Origin: Candidatus Limnocylindrales bacterium
GTDB lineage: Bacteria > Chloroflexota > Limnocylindria > Limnocylindrales > CSP1-4
Assembly: GCA_036570185.1 (NCBI GenBank)
Contig: DATCPH010000076.1
Coordinates: 2,322-66,321, forward strand
Reading direction: 5' to 3'
DNA: 64,000 nt
Shown: piece by piece, positions 10,143-19,514 of the stretch
How positions within the stretch are numbered: position 1 is the first letter of the stretch
How the letters are laid out: every line of letters begins with the position of its first letter
Translations under genes and position numbers: made by a program
Notes under the pieces: model-generated
The model's database searches: none
What the model was told of the DNA's origin: nothing
Seen by the model: the letters and a program-made list of their open reading frames with translations, nothing else

Positions 10143-11153
10143 GTGTCCTTCATCTGGCCCCTGGGGCTGCTGGCGGTGGCGCTCGTTCCGCTGGGACTCC
10201 TGCTGTACCGGGCGATCGAGCGGCGGCGACTGCGACGTGCCGCCGCGCACGGCGGACTCGGCCTGGCTCAGGGCACCGTTCGACGGCCGCTCGGGCTGCG
10301 AGGGTTGATCCCACCCGTCCTCTGCGTAGCCGGGCTCCTCGTCCTCGCGCTGGCCATCGGGCGGCCCCAGGCCACCGTCGACCTGCCGCGGCAGGAAGGC
10401 ACGGTCATCCTCGCCTTCGACGTCTCGGCCAGCATGACGGCCGACGATCTGAAGCCGACGCGCATGGACGCGGCCAAAGCGGCCGCCAAGGCGTTTGTCC
10501 AGAAGCAGCCACCGAGCGTGGTGATCGGTGTGGTCGCCTTCAGCGACGCGGGCCTCTCCGTCCAGGCGCCGAGCAACGAGCAGGGAACGGTCCTGGCCGC
10601 GATCGATCGCCTGACGCCGGCCCACGGGACGTCGCTGGGGCAGGGGATCCTGGCCGCCCTCGCCGCGGTCGAACGGGCCGAGGCCGACACACCGCCCGAC
10701 TACTACAGCAACCGCTCGCCCGCGCCGACGCCGTCACCGACGCCCGTGCCCGCGGGAACGCACACGTCGGCGGTCATCGTGCTGCTCACCGATGGCGAGA
10801 ACAAGGAGTCGCCCGACCCCCTGGCCGCTGCTCAGGCCGCGGCCGACCGCGGCGTCCGGATCGACACGGTCGGCATCGGCAGCCCGGGCGGCACGACGCT
10901 CGACCTCAACGGCTTCAAGGTCCACACCCAGCTGGACGCCGGGCTGCTTCAGCAGGTCGCCCAGATCACCGACGGCACCTATCGTGACGCCGCCGACGAA
11001 ACCAGCCTCCACGCGATCTACCAGGACCTCAATACCCGCCTCGTCGTCAAGAGCCAGCAGATCGAGATCACCGCGATCTTTGCCGGAGCGGGCCTCCTCC
11101 TCCTGGTGGTGGGTGCGGCCGCATCACTGGCCTGGCTGGGGCGCCTGCCATGA
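10143..11153 (+). CDS. vWA-domain membrane protein, BatA-like
   Basis: Two N-terminal transmembrane helices, MIDAS 'DVSASM', 'LLTDGENK', and a C-terminal transmembrane helix. Confidence 0.8.
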   Translation: MSFIWPLGLLAVALVPLGLLLYRAIERRRLRRAAAHGGLGLAQGTVRRPLGLRGLIPPVLCVAGLLVLALAIGRPQATVDLPRQEGTVILAFDVSASMTADDLKPTRMDAAKAAAKAFVQKQPPSVVIGVVAFSDAGLSVQAPSNEQGTVLAAIDRLTPAHGTSLGQGILAALAAVERAEADTPPDYYSNRSPAPTPSPTPVPAGTHTSAVIVLLTDGENKESPDPLAAAQAAADRGVRIDTVGIGSPGGTTLDLNGFKVHTQLDAGLLQQVAQITDGTYRDAADETSLHAIYQDLNTRLVVKSQQIEITAIFAGAGLLLLVVGAAASLAWLGRLP

Positions 11154-11187
11154 CGTTGATGCAGCGAAACGCGGTTCGGGGGTTCTG

Positions 11188-12270
11188 ATGGATTTCCTGT
11201 GGTCGACCCTGCTGGTCCTGTTGGTGATCGTCCCGATCGTCGTCGCGCTCTACATCTGGAGTCTTCGCCGACGCCGGCCGGCCGGGGTCCGCTATTCGAG
11301 CCTCACGCTCATCCGTGAGGCGCTGCCGGGGTCATCGCGGCTGCGGCGCCACCTGCCGTTTGCCCTCTTCGCGGTCGCGCTGACATCGCTCGTGGTTGCG
11401 CTCAGTCGACCGGCCGTCGTGCTCAGCGTGCCTGCCAACCAGACGACGATCATCCTGGCGATGGACGTCTCGGGGAGCATGTGCTCCACCGACATTCCGC
11501 CCACCCGCATCGAGGCGGCTGAGGCCGCGGCCATCGCCTTCATCAAGAGCCAGGGCTCGCGGACCCAGATCGGGATCGTGGCATTCAGCGGGTTCGCGGC
11601 CGTCGTCCAACCGCCGACGAGCGACCAGCAGACGCTCCTCGATGCCGTCCAGAGTCTCACGACCGGTCGGCGAACGGCGGTCGGCAGCGGCATCCTGGCG
11701 GCGATCGACGCGATCGCGGAGGTCGATCCAAACGTCGCGCGCAGCCTCATCCCGGGCCGGGCCGGGACCGCCCCGCCGCCGGTCCCCAAGGGCGCCTACG
11801 CACCGGACATCATCGTGCTGCTCACCGACGGTGCGAACAACGCCGGTCCGGCGCCGGTCGATGCCGCCCAGCAGGCGGCGGACCGCGGCGTGCGTGTCTA
11901 CACGATCGGCTTCGGAACGGCCAATGGTGGCGCCTTCGGGGCTGAATGCGCCCAGCAGTTCCTCGGACGGGAACCCGGCGCTGGCGCGTTCGGGGGAGGC
12001 GGCTTCGGTGGTCCTGGCGGGGGCGGCGGCCCGTCTGGCTTCCGCCGTGGGATCGACGAGGGCACCCTTCAACAGGTTGCGGCCCTGACAGGCGGGTCGT
12101 ACTACCCTGCCGAGAGTGCCGGCGAGCTCGAACGGGTCTTCCTGGGACTGCCGACGAACCTCATCACCAAGCACGAGGTCGTGGAGGTCAGCGCAGGCTT
12201 CGTCGGGCTGGGCGGACTTCTGACGGCCCTGGCGTTCCTGTTGGGGAAGGCCTGGCGGCCGCTCCCGTAG
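11188..12270 (+). CDS. vWA-domain membrane protein, BatB-like
   Basis: Transmembrane helices, MIDAS 'DVSGSM', 'LLTDGANN', and a Gly-rich linker. ATG at 11188; the ORF-track start at 10792 is an upstream extension that overlaps the previous gene. Confidence 0.8.
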   Translation: MDFLWSTLLVLLVIVPIVVALYIWSLRRRRPAGVRYSSLTLIREALPGSSRLRRHLPFALFAVALTSLVVALSRPAVVLSVPANQTTIILAMDVSGSMCSTDIPPTRIEAAEAAAIAFIKSQGSRTQIGIVAFSGFAAVVQPPTSDQQTLLDAVQSLTTGRRTAVGSGILAAIDAIAEVDPNVARSLIPGRAGTAPPPVPKGAYAPDIIVLLTDGANNAGPAPVDAAQQAADRGVRVYTIGFGTANGGAFGAECAQQFLGREPGAGAFGGGGFGGPGGGGGPSGFRRGIDEGTLQQVAALTGGSYYPAESAGELERVFLGLPTNLITKHEVVEVSAGFVGLGGLLTALAFLLGKAWRPLP

Positions 12271-12450
12271 GAACCGGGCGCGCGGGCACCTACACACCGG
12301 CTCGCTTTTGATCGACGGCTGAAACGTCCGGCACCGGGTTCGCGTTCCGTCCGTAAGCCGCGCGGGTGGATCGTGCTCACCGGCGGATGAATGTCATGCG
12401 CTGCCGATCTGTTCGGCGACGCCCGGTCCATCGGCCGAGGAGGTAACGAG

Positions 12451-12795
12451 ATGAAGGACAAGAGCAACGCTCCGAAGCCGGAGACGCCGCCCGCGCGGCA
12501 CTGGGATCGGAAGGAGTGGGCGTCAGAAGGTGGTTCGGGAGAAGAGCCCCAGGTCGAAGAGCCCCAGGGTAAGACCTGGAACCGCCACGAGTGGGCCTCC
12601 GACCAGCCCGCGGGGACCCCTGACGAGGAAACCGAGGAGGCGCAGAGTCGCGCTGAGCCGCCGGGTGGTGCCGGGCCGACGGGGCGCGGGATGCCTTCGG
12701 GAGAGAGCCACTGGGCCCCCAGCGATGACCATGCCGAGAAGGACGAGGCGCCGACGTCGAGCTCGTCCGGACGCATGGACGAGCCGAACAGCTAG
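12451..12795 (+). CDS. Small acidic low-complexity protein carrying W-x-R-x-EWAS repeats; hypothetical
   Basis: An RBS 'GGAGG' sits before the ATG at 12451. Repeats 'RHWDRKEWASEGG', 'KTWNRHEWASDQP' and 'ESHWAPSDDH'. An inverted repeat lies downstream. Confidence 0.5.
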   Translation: MKDKSNAPKPETPPARHWDRKEWASEGGSGEEPQVEEPQGKTWNRHEWASDQPAGTPDEETEEAQSRAEPPGGAGPTGRGMPSGESHWAPSDDHAEKDEAPTSSSSGRMDEPNS

Positions 12796-12896
12796 AACGG
12801 CACCCCTTCTTCCTGATCCCGCCAGCTCGGCTGGCGCGCACCTTTAGCGGCGCTCTGACCTCTTCCGCCCGACGGCGCGGCTAGCTCTGGTCTCAG

Positions 12897-13529
12897 CTAG
12901 CCGCCGCGGCTCCGGGGCCACTCGATCCGGCGCTCCTCGCCCGTGATGAGGCGCCGGATGTTGTCGGCGTGGAAGAGCCAGACGATCGCGGCGGCCCCCA
13001 CGGCATACCCGGCGTACGCCGTCGGCATGGCCAGCAGCACGACGGCAGCCAGGAGGGCGACGGCGGCGACGAGCGACGTCGTGAGCGACGCAAGCGAGCT
13101 AATCCGCGTGATCGCGACGACGGCCAGGAACATCGGCACAACCCCGAGCGCGATGACCGGCTGGAAAACAAGGAGGGCGCCCCAGGCTGGGGCAACCCCG
13201 CGCCCACCATTGAATCCGATGTACGGCGAGCGGCTGTGGCCGATGATCGAGGCGAGAGCGGCCAGCACCTCGATCGTTGGTCCAACGCCCAGGGACATGG
13301 CGATCAGGACGGTCACCGCACCTTTTGCCGTGTCGAGAAGCCCCGACACGAGCGCAGGCACGGGCCCGAGCGCCCGCAATACATTGGCGCCTCCGGTGCG
13401 GCCGCTGCCGAGCGTTCTCGGGTCGGGTCCCCCGAGGACACGGGCCACGACCACGCCGAACGGGATGCCGCCGATGAAGTATCCGGCTGCGATCGTGGCC
13501 ACCGCGAGCAGGACCTGGCCGGCGCTCAT
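12897..13529 (-). CDS. plsY: Glycerol-3-phosphate acyltransferase PlsY
   Basis: 'GSGRTGGANVLR' matches the GSGNxGATN motif, the protein is multi-pass membrane, and 'HSRSPYIGFNGGRGVA' is present. ATG (plus-strand 'cat') at 13527-13529. Confidence 0.75.
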   Translation of the reverse strand: MSAGQVLLAVATIAAGYFIGGIPFGVVVARVLGGPDPRTLGSGRTGGANVLRALGPVPALVSGLLDTAKGAVTVLIAMSLGVGPTIEVLAALASIIGHSRSPYIGFNGGRGVAPAWGALLVFQPVIALGVVPMFLAVVAITRISSLASLTTSLVAAVALLAAVVLLAMPTAYAGYAVGAAAIVWLFHADNIRRLITGEERRIEWPRSRGG

Positions 13530-13605
13530 GTGCGGCCGAGTATAGTCACGGATGCTCCGGCCTCGACGCCCGTCAGGAGGCCTTCGATGGTCGGCGCTGA
13601 GTCGA

Positions 13606-14637
13606 TCACTGCCGGTCAGGTCCTTCCATGCGGAGCGCATCGAGAAGGCGCGCGGGGCGTCCGCGGAACCAGGCCCGGCGCGTCCCATCGAGGGTCGCTT
13701 CGGCCACAAGCGACGACAGCCCCGCGTTGATCGGTGCCGCAAGACCCATTTCGTCGGCGGCCGCCGCGACCGCCCCGTTGAGCCACGCCACCTCCGTCGG
13801 ACCACCTGCTGCGAGGGCGACTCGCAGGGACGGGTCCTTGCCGCCGCGTGCCCCACGGACCACGCGCGTAAGAGCGAGCCATGCGAACGCTTCCGGCAGC
13901 CGGACCGCGCTGGCCAGGAGGCTGATCCGCGCTCCGGGCAGGTCGACCGTTCGGAGTCCGCGAGCGCGCATCACGGCGAGAACCTCGAGCAGTTGCCGTC
14001 GCTCCACCCGAAAAAGATGGCGATCGGCGTAGATCACGGCAGGGTCGAGGTCGAGAAGCGCGCTGGTGGCATTGCCGACGACGTTCGCGAGAAGTTTCGA
14101 CCATTTCATCGCTGCGGCGCTGGGGAGGATGGCCGCCGGCAAGCCGCCAAGGCCCAGCGTCGCCGCAAGGCTCGTCGCGACGTCGAGGACGTCGCCGTGG
14201 GCCGCGGCCAGTCCAATTCCGCCGGTCGTCAACCATTCGATCCCGTCGTCGGGCAGGCGCGCGACGGACGCTGTGACCGACGCGGCGATGAGGCGACCTT
14301 CCGGTCGGGCTGCGAGGGCAACCTCTTCGGCGCCGATGCCGTTCTCCGGTGTGACGAGTAGGGCCGAGGGGAAGGACTTGATCGATTCAAGCGCTTCCGG
14401 CAGGTCGAACTGCTTGACGGCGATCAGGATCACATCGGGCGTTCGGGCGTCGGTGGGGTGAGCGACCACATCAACGCGCACGGACAGGCGATGCGTGCGA
14501 CGGCGGACGTCAATGGGCCCGCTCGACGGGCCGCCGATATGCTGACGTCGCACGAGCGTCACGTCGGCGCCGCCGCGCGCCAGGGCGAAGGCAAGGAGGG
14601 AGCCAACCGCGCCGGCCCCAACGACGAGGACGCGCAT
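13606..14637 (-). CDS. 2-Dehydropantoate 2-reductase family (ApbA/PanE-like)
   Basis: N-terminal Rossmann fold 'MRVLVVGAGAVGS' at about 340 aa, and a C-terminal helical domain. Confidence 0.65.
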   Translation of the reverse strand: MRVLVVGAGAVGSLLAFALARGGADVTLVRRQHIGGPSSGPIDVRRRTHRLSVRVDVVAHPTDARTPDVILIAVKQFDLPEALESIKSFPSALLVTPENGIGAEEVALAARPEGRLIAASVTASVARLPDDGIEWLTTGGIGLAAAHGDVLDVATSLAATLGLGGLPAAILPSAAAMKWSKLLANVVGNATSALLDLDPAVIYADRHLFRVERRQLLEVLAVMRARGLRTVDLPGARISLLASAVRLPEAFAWLALTRVVRGARGGKDPSLRVALAAGGPTEVAWLNGAVAAAADEMGLAAPINAGLSSLVAEATLDGTRRAWFRGRPARLLDALRMEGPDRQ

Positions 14638-14655
14638 GCCCCGCAGTGTGAGGGG

Positions 14656-16029
14656 TCAGTCGGGCCGTGGCCCGCGCACGACTGCCTCTGCCGCGTCGGC
14701 TCCCGGACGAGTGCCCCTGATTCCCGCAGGGTCGGCCGCCGCGTACGCTGCGGCCAGGATCTCCACCGGGTGGCGCGTCGGCTTGCCGGTGGCGGCTGTG
14801 ATCTGCCAGCGACACGTCTCGGAATCGCACGCCGATTCGGTCGCCTGCGAGGCTTCGATCCGCTCGAACAATTCCGCCCCGACGGCCATGGCGATGTCGT
14901 ACTTCTCGCGCTTGAGGCCGTACGTCCCGGCCACGCCGCAACAGTCATAATCGAGGTCGATCGCCCGCAGGCCGGGTACCAGGGCGAAGAGCTCGAGTGC
15001 CGGCAGACCGATCCCGTGACTGCGCAATTGGCACGGGGCGTGATACGGCAACTCCTCGTCCAGGCGACCGAAGCCGGTGTCGAGGCGACCGTGCTCATGG
15101 AGGTCCAGGAGGAACTCGCAGATGTCCCAGGTCGCTTCAGCCACGGCCCGGGCGTCCTCGTCGTCCACGTCGAGCATCTCGCGGTACTCGGCCTTGAGCG
15201 TGTGCGTGCAGGACGTGGACGTTCCGACAATGCGGTAGCCCTGGCGGGCCCATTTCGCGAGCTCGGCGTTATTGCGCCGGGCATGCCCGCGCGCGTCGTC
15301 GTAGAGGCCGTTGCTGATCAACGGCAGGCCGCAGCACACCTGCTCCGGGGCGATGACCTCGTAGCCGTTGCGAGTGAGAACGTCGATCGCCGCATCAGCG
15401 ACGTGCGGCTCGTAGTAGTTGACGGCGCAGCCGTGGAAGTAGACGACGGCGCGATCAGGAGGCGGGGGAGCTCCCTCCCGCGGAGCGCCGACTCGTCCGC
15501 CCCGCTTCCGCCATGTCGATCGGAACGTGCCCCCGGCATAGATCGGGACGGGCGCGTTGCGGTGGATGCCGATCGTCTTCTCGCCGATCGTCCGCAGCAG
15601 CGTGTTCCCAAGCGTCCAGTTCGCGAGCGGGGCGATCGGCGCGCCGAGCTGCCCCAAGAGGTCGGTCTGGCCGAGGAGCCAATCGCGGAAGCGGGGCCGG
15701 TGGCCGGTGCGGGAACGGGCCCGGGCACGGTTGTTGATCTCGGCGATCTTCACCCCGGCCGGACAGACGGTCGTACACCAGCCGCACCCGGAACACCAGT
15801 CGACGGTCAGGTCGGGCGAGCGCAACGCGCCGAGCGCAGATGTGATCGGCAGCGGCGCACCGGAGCGGAAACGCTGGGCCTGCGGCCCCACGTACTTCGG
15901 GCCCGGGAAATGGTCGCTGACCCGGGCAACCGGACAGACGGTATTACAGATGTTGCATTTGAGGCACTCGTCGGCGGAGAGACCGACTGACTCCTGACTC
16001 GCCTGCTCGACGAGGTCTGCGATCGTCAT
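14656..16029 (-). CDS. glpC: Anaerobic glycerol-3-phosphate dehydrogenase subunit C (Fe-S / CCG domains)
   Basis: 4Fe-4S ferredoxin motifs 'CLKCNICNTVCP' and 'CSGCGWCTTVCP', plus C-terminal Cys-rich CCG motifs. Directly follows glpB. Confidence 0.85.
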   Translation of the reverse strand: MTIADLVEQASQESVGLSADECLKCNICNTVCPVARVSDHFPGPKYVGPQAQRFRSGAPLPITSALGALRSPDLTVDWCSGCGWCTTVCPAGVKIAEINNRARARSRTGHRPRFRDWLLGQTDLLGQLGAPIAPLANWTLGNTLLRTIGEKTIGIHRNAPVPIYAGGTFRSTWRKRGGRVGAPREGAPPPPDRAVVYFHGCAVNYYEPHVADAAIDVLTRNGYEVIAPEQVCCGLPLISNGLYDDARGHARRNNAELAKWARQGYRIVGTSTSCTHTLKAEYREMLDVDDEDARAVAEATWDICEFLLDLHEHGRLDTGFGRLDEELPYHAPCQLRSHGIGLPALELFALVPGLRAIDLDYDCCGVAGTYGLKREKYDIAMAVGAELFERIEASQATESACDSETCRWQITAATGKPTRHPVEILAAAYAAADPAGIRGTRPGADAAEAVVRGPRPD

Positions 16030-17411
16030 CGCGAAAAGCCAGACGCCAGGGGCAGGTCGTTCTGGCTACGGGGCCCAGGCCCTCCCGTCGAACGGGCGCC
16101 CACCGACCTGGTCGGACCCTCCGCGAGCTCGGAAATCGAGGCGGCGGCGCGAAATGCACTGGCAAGTGCGATGCCATCGCCACAGCGCTCGTTGAGCCAA
16201 TGCTGCCCGGCGAGCAGCCCGCCGACAATCCTGACGTTGTCGAACAGGGGGCTGTCTGGCCGAGCCGGATCGACCGGGCGCAATGCCTCGTCGGTCCGGA
16301 TGCCCGCCGACATGATCGGCAGGGCCGCGGGGTCAAGGGGATCGCCGGCGAGCCACCGGTCGATCGGCGGCCCTTCCGCCGGCAGCCCCAGGACGGCTTC
16401 GCGGAGGTGGCCGTCCGGATCGCCGACGATGCCGCCGGCCGCGACCCCGCCCGTCGCAAGGATCACGGATCCGGTATGGATCAGGTGCTCGCGAGCGGCC
16501 GCAGGGGTGGCGACGGCCGTGACCCGGCGACCCCGCGTCTCGACGCGGGCGATGGGCTCGCCCATCAGCATCGTGCCACCCAGGGCGCGCAGCTTCGATC
16601 GCAGGGCGCCGTGGAGCCGCATCCCCGGCACACTCGGCGGCACCAGCGGCATTTCGATGATCGGACGACCGATCCGTTCGGCCGCGTCGCGGAAGGCGCC
16701 GGCGTGGTCGGCGTTGCCGAGGACTGCCGGCACGGCCACGCGGGCGGGTCCGCGGGTCGCTCCCTCGACGGCGACTGCGATGGCATCGAGCGCCGCTGAG
16801 CGCCACCTCGGGTCGTCGAACAGGGCGGCCAATACGACCGCATTCAGATTGCGGCGGCCCGCGAGCCCGGGCAGGTCGACCGATCGTCCGATGACCCGGG
16901 CCGGTCGTGGCCGGCCCTCCCAGACGCCCTCGCGTTCGAGGCTGTTGGCAACGGCGCGCGGCCAGAGGTCCTTGAAGCCGGCTGGTCCGATGACCACGAG
17001 GACTTCGTCGTCGGCCCAGGGCGCCAGGGCAGCCGACTGAGCGTCGGGCACGATCGAGATGGGGCGCGTCCCACCGAGCCCCGTCGGGAGGCTGCCGAAC
17101 TCGGTGGTGAGCGAACCTCGATGAGGCAGGCCGTGCTCCGCGACAGTGGCGAGGAATGCATCGATCGCAGGGGCTACGTCCGAGTCGAGGAAGCGGTACG
17201 GGTGGTCGTGCCCCCGTCGCAGGAGTGCAATCCCCTGCAAGGCGTTGGCCGCTCCGGCCGGCGCCGCGACGTCGATCGGGCCACCGACCCAGTGGCCCGC
17301 GGCATGACCTGCCGCCACGACGACGACACGCGCCCCATGCCGGGCGAGGTGCACCGCGGCGCTCATCCCGGCGAGCCCCGCTCCAACGACGACGACGTCA
17401 GCGCTTGCCAT
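16026..17411 (-). CDS. glpB: Anaerobic glycerol-3-phosphate dehydrogenase subunit B
   Basis: FAD fold 'DVVVVGAGLAGMSAAVHLA'. Lies between glpA and glpC, with overlapping stop and start codons. Confidence 0.8.
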   Translation of the reverse strand: MASADVVVVGAGLAGMSAAVHLARHGARVVVVAAGHAAGHWVGGPIDVAAPAGAANALQGIALLRRGHDHPYRFLDSDVAPAIDAFLATVAEHGLPHRGSLTTEFGSLPTGLGGTRPISIVPDAQSAALAPWADDEVLVVIGPAGFKDLWPRAVANSLEREGVWEGRPRPARVIGRSVDLPGLAGRRNLNAVVLAALFDDPRWRSAALDAIAVAVEGATRGPARVAVPAVLGNADHAGAFRDAAERIGRPIIEMPLVPPSVPGMRLHGALRSKLRALGGTMLMGEPIARVETRGRRVTAVATPAAAREHLIHTGSVILATGGVAAGGIVGDPDGHLREAVLGLPAEGPPIDRWLAGDPLDPAALPIMSAGIRTDEALRPVDPARPDSPLFDNVRIVGGLLAGQHWLNERCGDGIALASAFRAAASISELAEGPTRSVGARSTGGPGPRSQNDLPLASGFSR

Positions 17412-19224
17412 GTGTCACCCGTGATTTCGAATGGCGACCCGATTTCGTACGGCGGCTCTTCGAATCGCGGCCTGATTCCGAATCGCGGCCCGATTTCGAA
17501 TCGCGGCTCGATCTTTTTGTAATGTCGGGATTCGCCGAGGCATTCGGCCAAGGCGCATCGGCTTCGGCTGCTGGCTCGGTTCTGCGCGCGGTTTCGCCAA
17601 GGACCGAGCCCGCTCCCAGCGTGCCCCAGTAGATGCCTGCGACGAAGACGGCCTCCTCAAGCTGGCGGCCGTGGGCGATCGGGCGCGTGCCCTTGAAGCG
17701 CTCGCGCAGGAAATCAGCGATCGCCGCGTCGGCCGTGGCCGCAACGCTGTCGCTAGCGCCCACCAGCGCGGCCGGTGGGACGTCGGCGGACTCGCGTTCG
17801 GCGATGATGCCGGCCGCGCGGAACGTGCAGAAGCCGCCCTGGCAGGGGCCCATGCCGAGCCGCGTGGCGCGTCGAATGTCGTCGACACTGCACGGCCAGC
17901 GTCGGTCCAGAACCTCTTCGAGCATCGGGCGGGTGACAAACTCGCACTCGCAGACGAGCTCGGCATCGCCGCCGCCTTGACGCTCCCACGCCGCGAGCCG
18001 ACCGCCCAGCCACCAATACGGCGCGCCGTGCCCGTCGGAAGACAGGGCCTCGTCGGCGGTCGTGCACGGGGCGACGACACCCACCTTGGCACAGACCTTG
18101 TCGGCCGTTTGCTCGGCCATCATCCGGTAGGTCGTCAGCTTGCCGCCGACGATCGACGTGAAATTGGCGATCCCGTCGCGGCGCGCGTGGTCGATCACGA
18201 CGTGGGCTCGTGTCACCTCGCGCGATTCAGCACCCGCTTCGGCCGGGTCGTACAACGGCCGCACACCGCCGTAGGCGCGGAGGAGGCGCATTCCGCGCAG
18301 GCTCGGGAAGATCTTCTCCCCCTCGTCGAGGAGTTCCTCCACCTCGGCCCGGGTGATCTCCCATTCATCGGGGTCCGCCACGTGGATATCGGTCGTGCCG
18401 AGGATCGCAACGGTTCCGACCGGCATCATGATGTCGCCATCGCCGGGCCGATGGCAGCGGTTGATGCAGGCGTCGGTCATGCGCTGGTTGAACACGAGCA
18501 TCGTGCCCTTGCCAGGTGACATGTCGAGTCGGGCGCCGGCCATGCCCGCGATCTGGCCGGCCCAGGCTCCGCCCGCTGACACGAACTGGGCTGCGGAGAT
18601 GCGGTGGACGGTGCCAGATCTCACGTCCGCCACCCGCGCGGCGAGGAGCCGACCGCCGCTCCGATCGAATCCGACGAGCCGGTGGTAGGGGAGCGCTCGG
18701 CTGCCGTGTCGCTCGGCGTCGGCCACGTTGGCCTCGATCAGCGCCCATGGCTCCAGGGCGCCGTCCGGGACCCGGAACGCCCGTCGGATGCGCCGGTTCA
18801 GGGTCGGGATCCGACGGAGGAGGTCGCTGGCCGCGACCTCCTCGCAGTCGACGCCGCTGGCCAGGCACGCTGCCTCGAAGCCGTCGACGTAGTCGTCCGG
18901 GTCGTCGGGCGTGGCCACGAAATAGCCGCCGGTGTCCTCGACCGCAAACGCCGCGATCCGGCGTAGGACCCGGTTCTCGGCGATGCACTCGCGCGCCGCA
19001 TTTGGATCGCGGCTGACGTAGCGACCGCCTGAATGGAGCAGGCCATGGTAGCGGCCACTCGTTCCTGTGCCGAGGTCGGAGCGGTCGACGAGGAGCGCGC
19101 GTAGGCCGCGCCTGGCGAGATCGCGCAGGACGCCAGCTCCCGTGGCTCCGCCGCCGACCACCAGGACGTCCCACGGGCCGTCGAGGGTCCGATGGGACCG
19201 GAGGACGCCAGGATCCGCTGTCAT
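17398..19224 (-). CDS. glpA: Anaerobic glycerol-3-phosphate dehydrogenase subunit A. Its C-terminus is extended by a coding tandem repeat.
   Basis: 'DVLVVGGGATGAGVLRDLARRG...GGKLTTYR' and the BFD-like 2Fe-2S region 'CECEFVTR'. The tail 'KRSSRDSKSGRDSESGRDSKSRRTKSGRHSKSR' is encoded by the 18-bp repeats. Confidence 0.85.
   Translation of the reverse strand: MTADPGVLRSHRTLDGPWDVLVVGGGATGAGVLRDLARRGLRALLVDRSDLGTGTSGRYHGLLHSGGRYVSRDPNAARECIAENRVLRRIAAFAVEDTGGYFVATPDDPDDYVDGFEAACLASGVDCEEVAASDLLRRIPTLNRRIRRAFRVPDGALEPWALIEANVADAERHGSRALPYHRLVGFDRSGGRLLAARVADVRSGTVHRISAAQFVSAGGAWAGQIAGMAGARLDMSPGKGTMLVFNQRMTDACINRCHRPGDGDIMMPVGTVAILGTTDIHVADPDEWEITRAEVEELLDEGEKIFPSLRGMRLLRAYGGVRPLYDPAEAGAESREVTRAHVVIDHARRDGIANFTSIVGGKLTTYRMMAEQTADKVCAKVGVVAPCTTADEALSSDGHGAPYWWLGGRLAAWERQGGGDAELVCECEFVTRPMLEEVLDRRWPCSVDDIRRATRLGMGPCQGGFCTFRAAGIIAERESADVPPAALVGASDSVAATADAAIADFLRERFKGTRPIAHGRQLEEAVFVAGIYWGTLGAGSVLGETARRTEPAAEADAPWPNASANPDITKRSSRDSKSGRDSESGRDSKSRRTKSGRHSKSRVTHGKR
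17423..17514. repeat. Imperfect 18-bp tandem repeat, about 5 copies, consensus gatttcgaatcgcggccc, inside the glpA 3' end
   Basis: Read directly from the sequence: gatttcgaatggcgaccc / gatttcgtacggcggctctt / cgaatcgcggcct / gattccgaatcgcggccc / gatttcgaatcgcggctc. Confidence 0.8.
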
Positions 19225-19514
19225 CGTGGAGTTGGATCGAGGCTCTCGCCGAGGCCGTCTTCGACCGCCTGACGGAGCGTCTCGATCGCCTCGTCGGCAT
19301 CATCGCCATCAGCAGTCAGCTCGAGCTCGGTCCCTCGGCCGACAGCCAGATTCATGATCGCAAGAACGCTCTTGGCGTCGGCTTCACGGTCGTCCCGACC
19401 AGAATTGCGCACGCGGATCGTCGAGCGAAACCGGCCCGCGGTGCGGACGAACAGGGCGGCCGGCCGGGCGTGGAGCCCGGACGGGTTAACCACCGTGACA
19501 CGTGCAGATTTCAC
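19221..19514 (-). CDS. ptsH: Phosphocarrier protein HPr
   Basis: 'VTVVNPSGLHARPAALFV' carries the active-site His, and the ORF is 97 aa. Confidence 0.85.
   Translation of the reverse strand: MKSARVTVVNPSGLHARPAALFVRTAGRFRSTIRVRNSGRDDREADAKSVLAIMNLAVGRGTELELTADGDDADEAIETLRQAVEDGLGESLDPTPR

Noticed and set aside
10792..11187. Upstream extension of the second vWA ORF overlapping the first vWA gene
   Set aside because: Alternative-frame junk. A conserved N-terminal transmembrane start 'MDFLWSTLLVLLV' is found at the ATG at 11188.
12897..13856. 319-aa ORF containing plsY with a 109-aa basic N-terminal extension
   Set aside because: The extension is Arg-rich antisense-type sequence. PlsY begins at 'MSAGQVLL' (13529).
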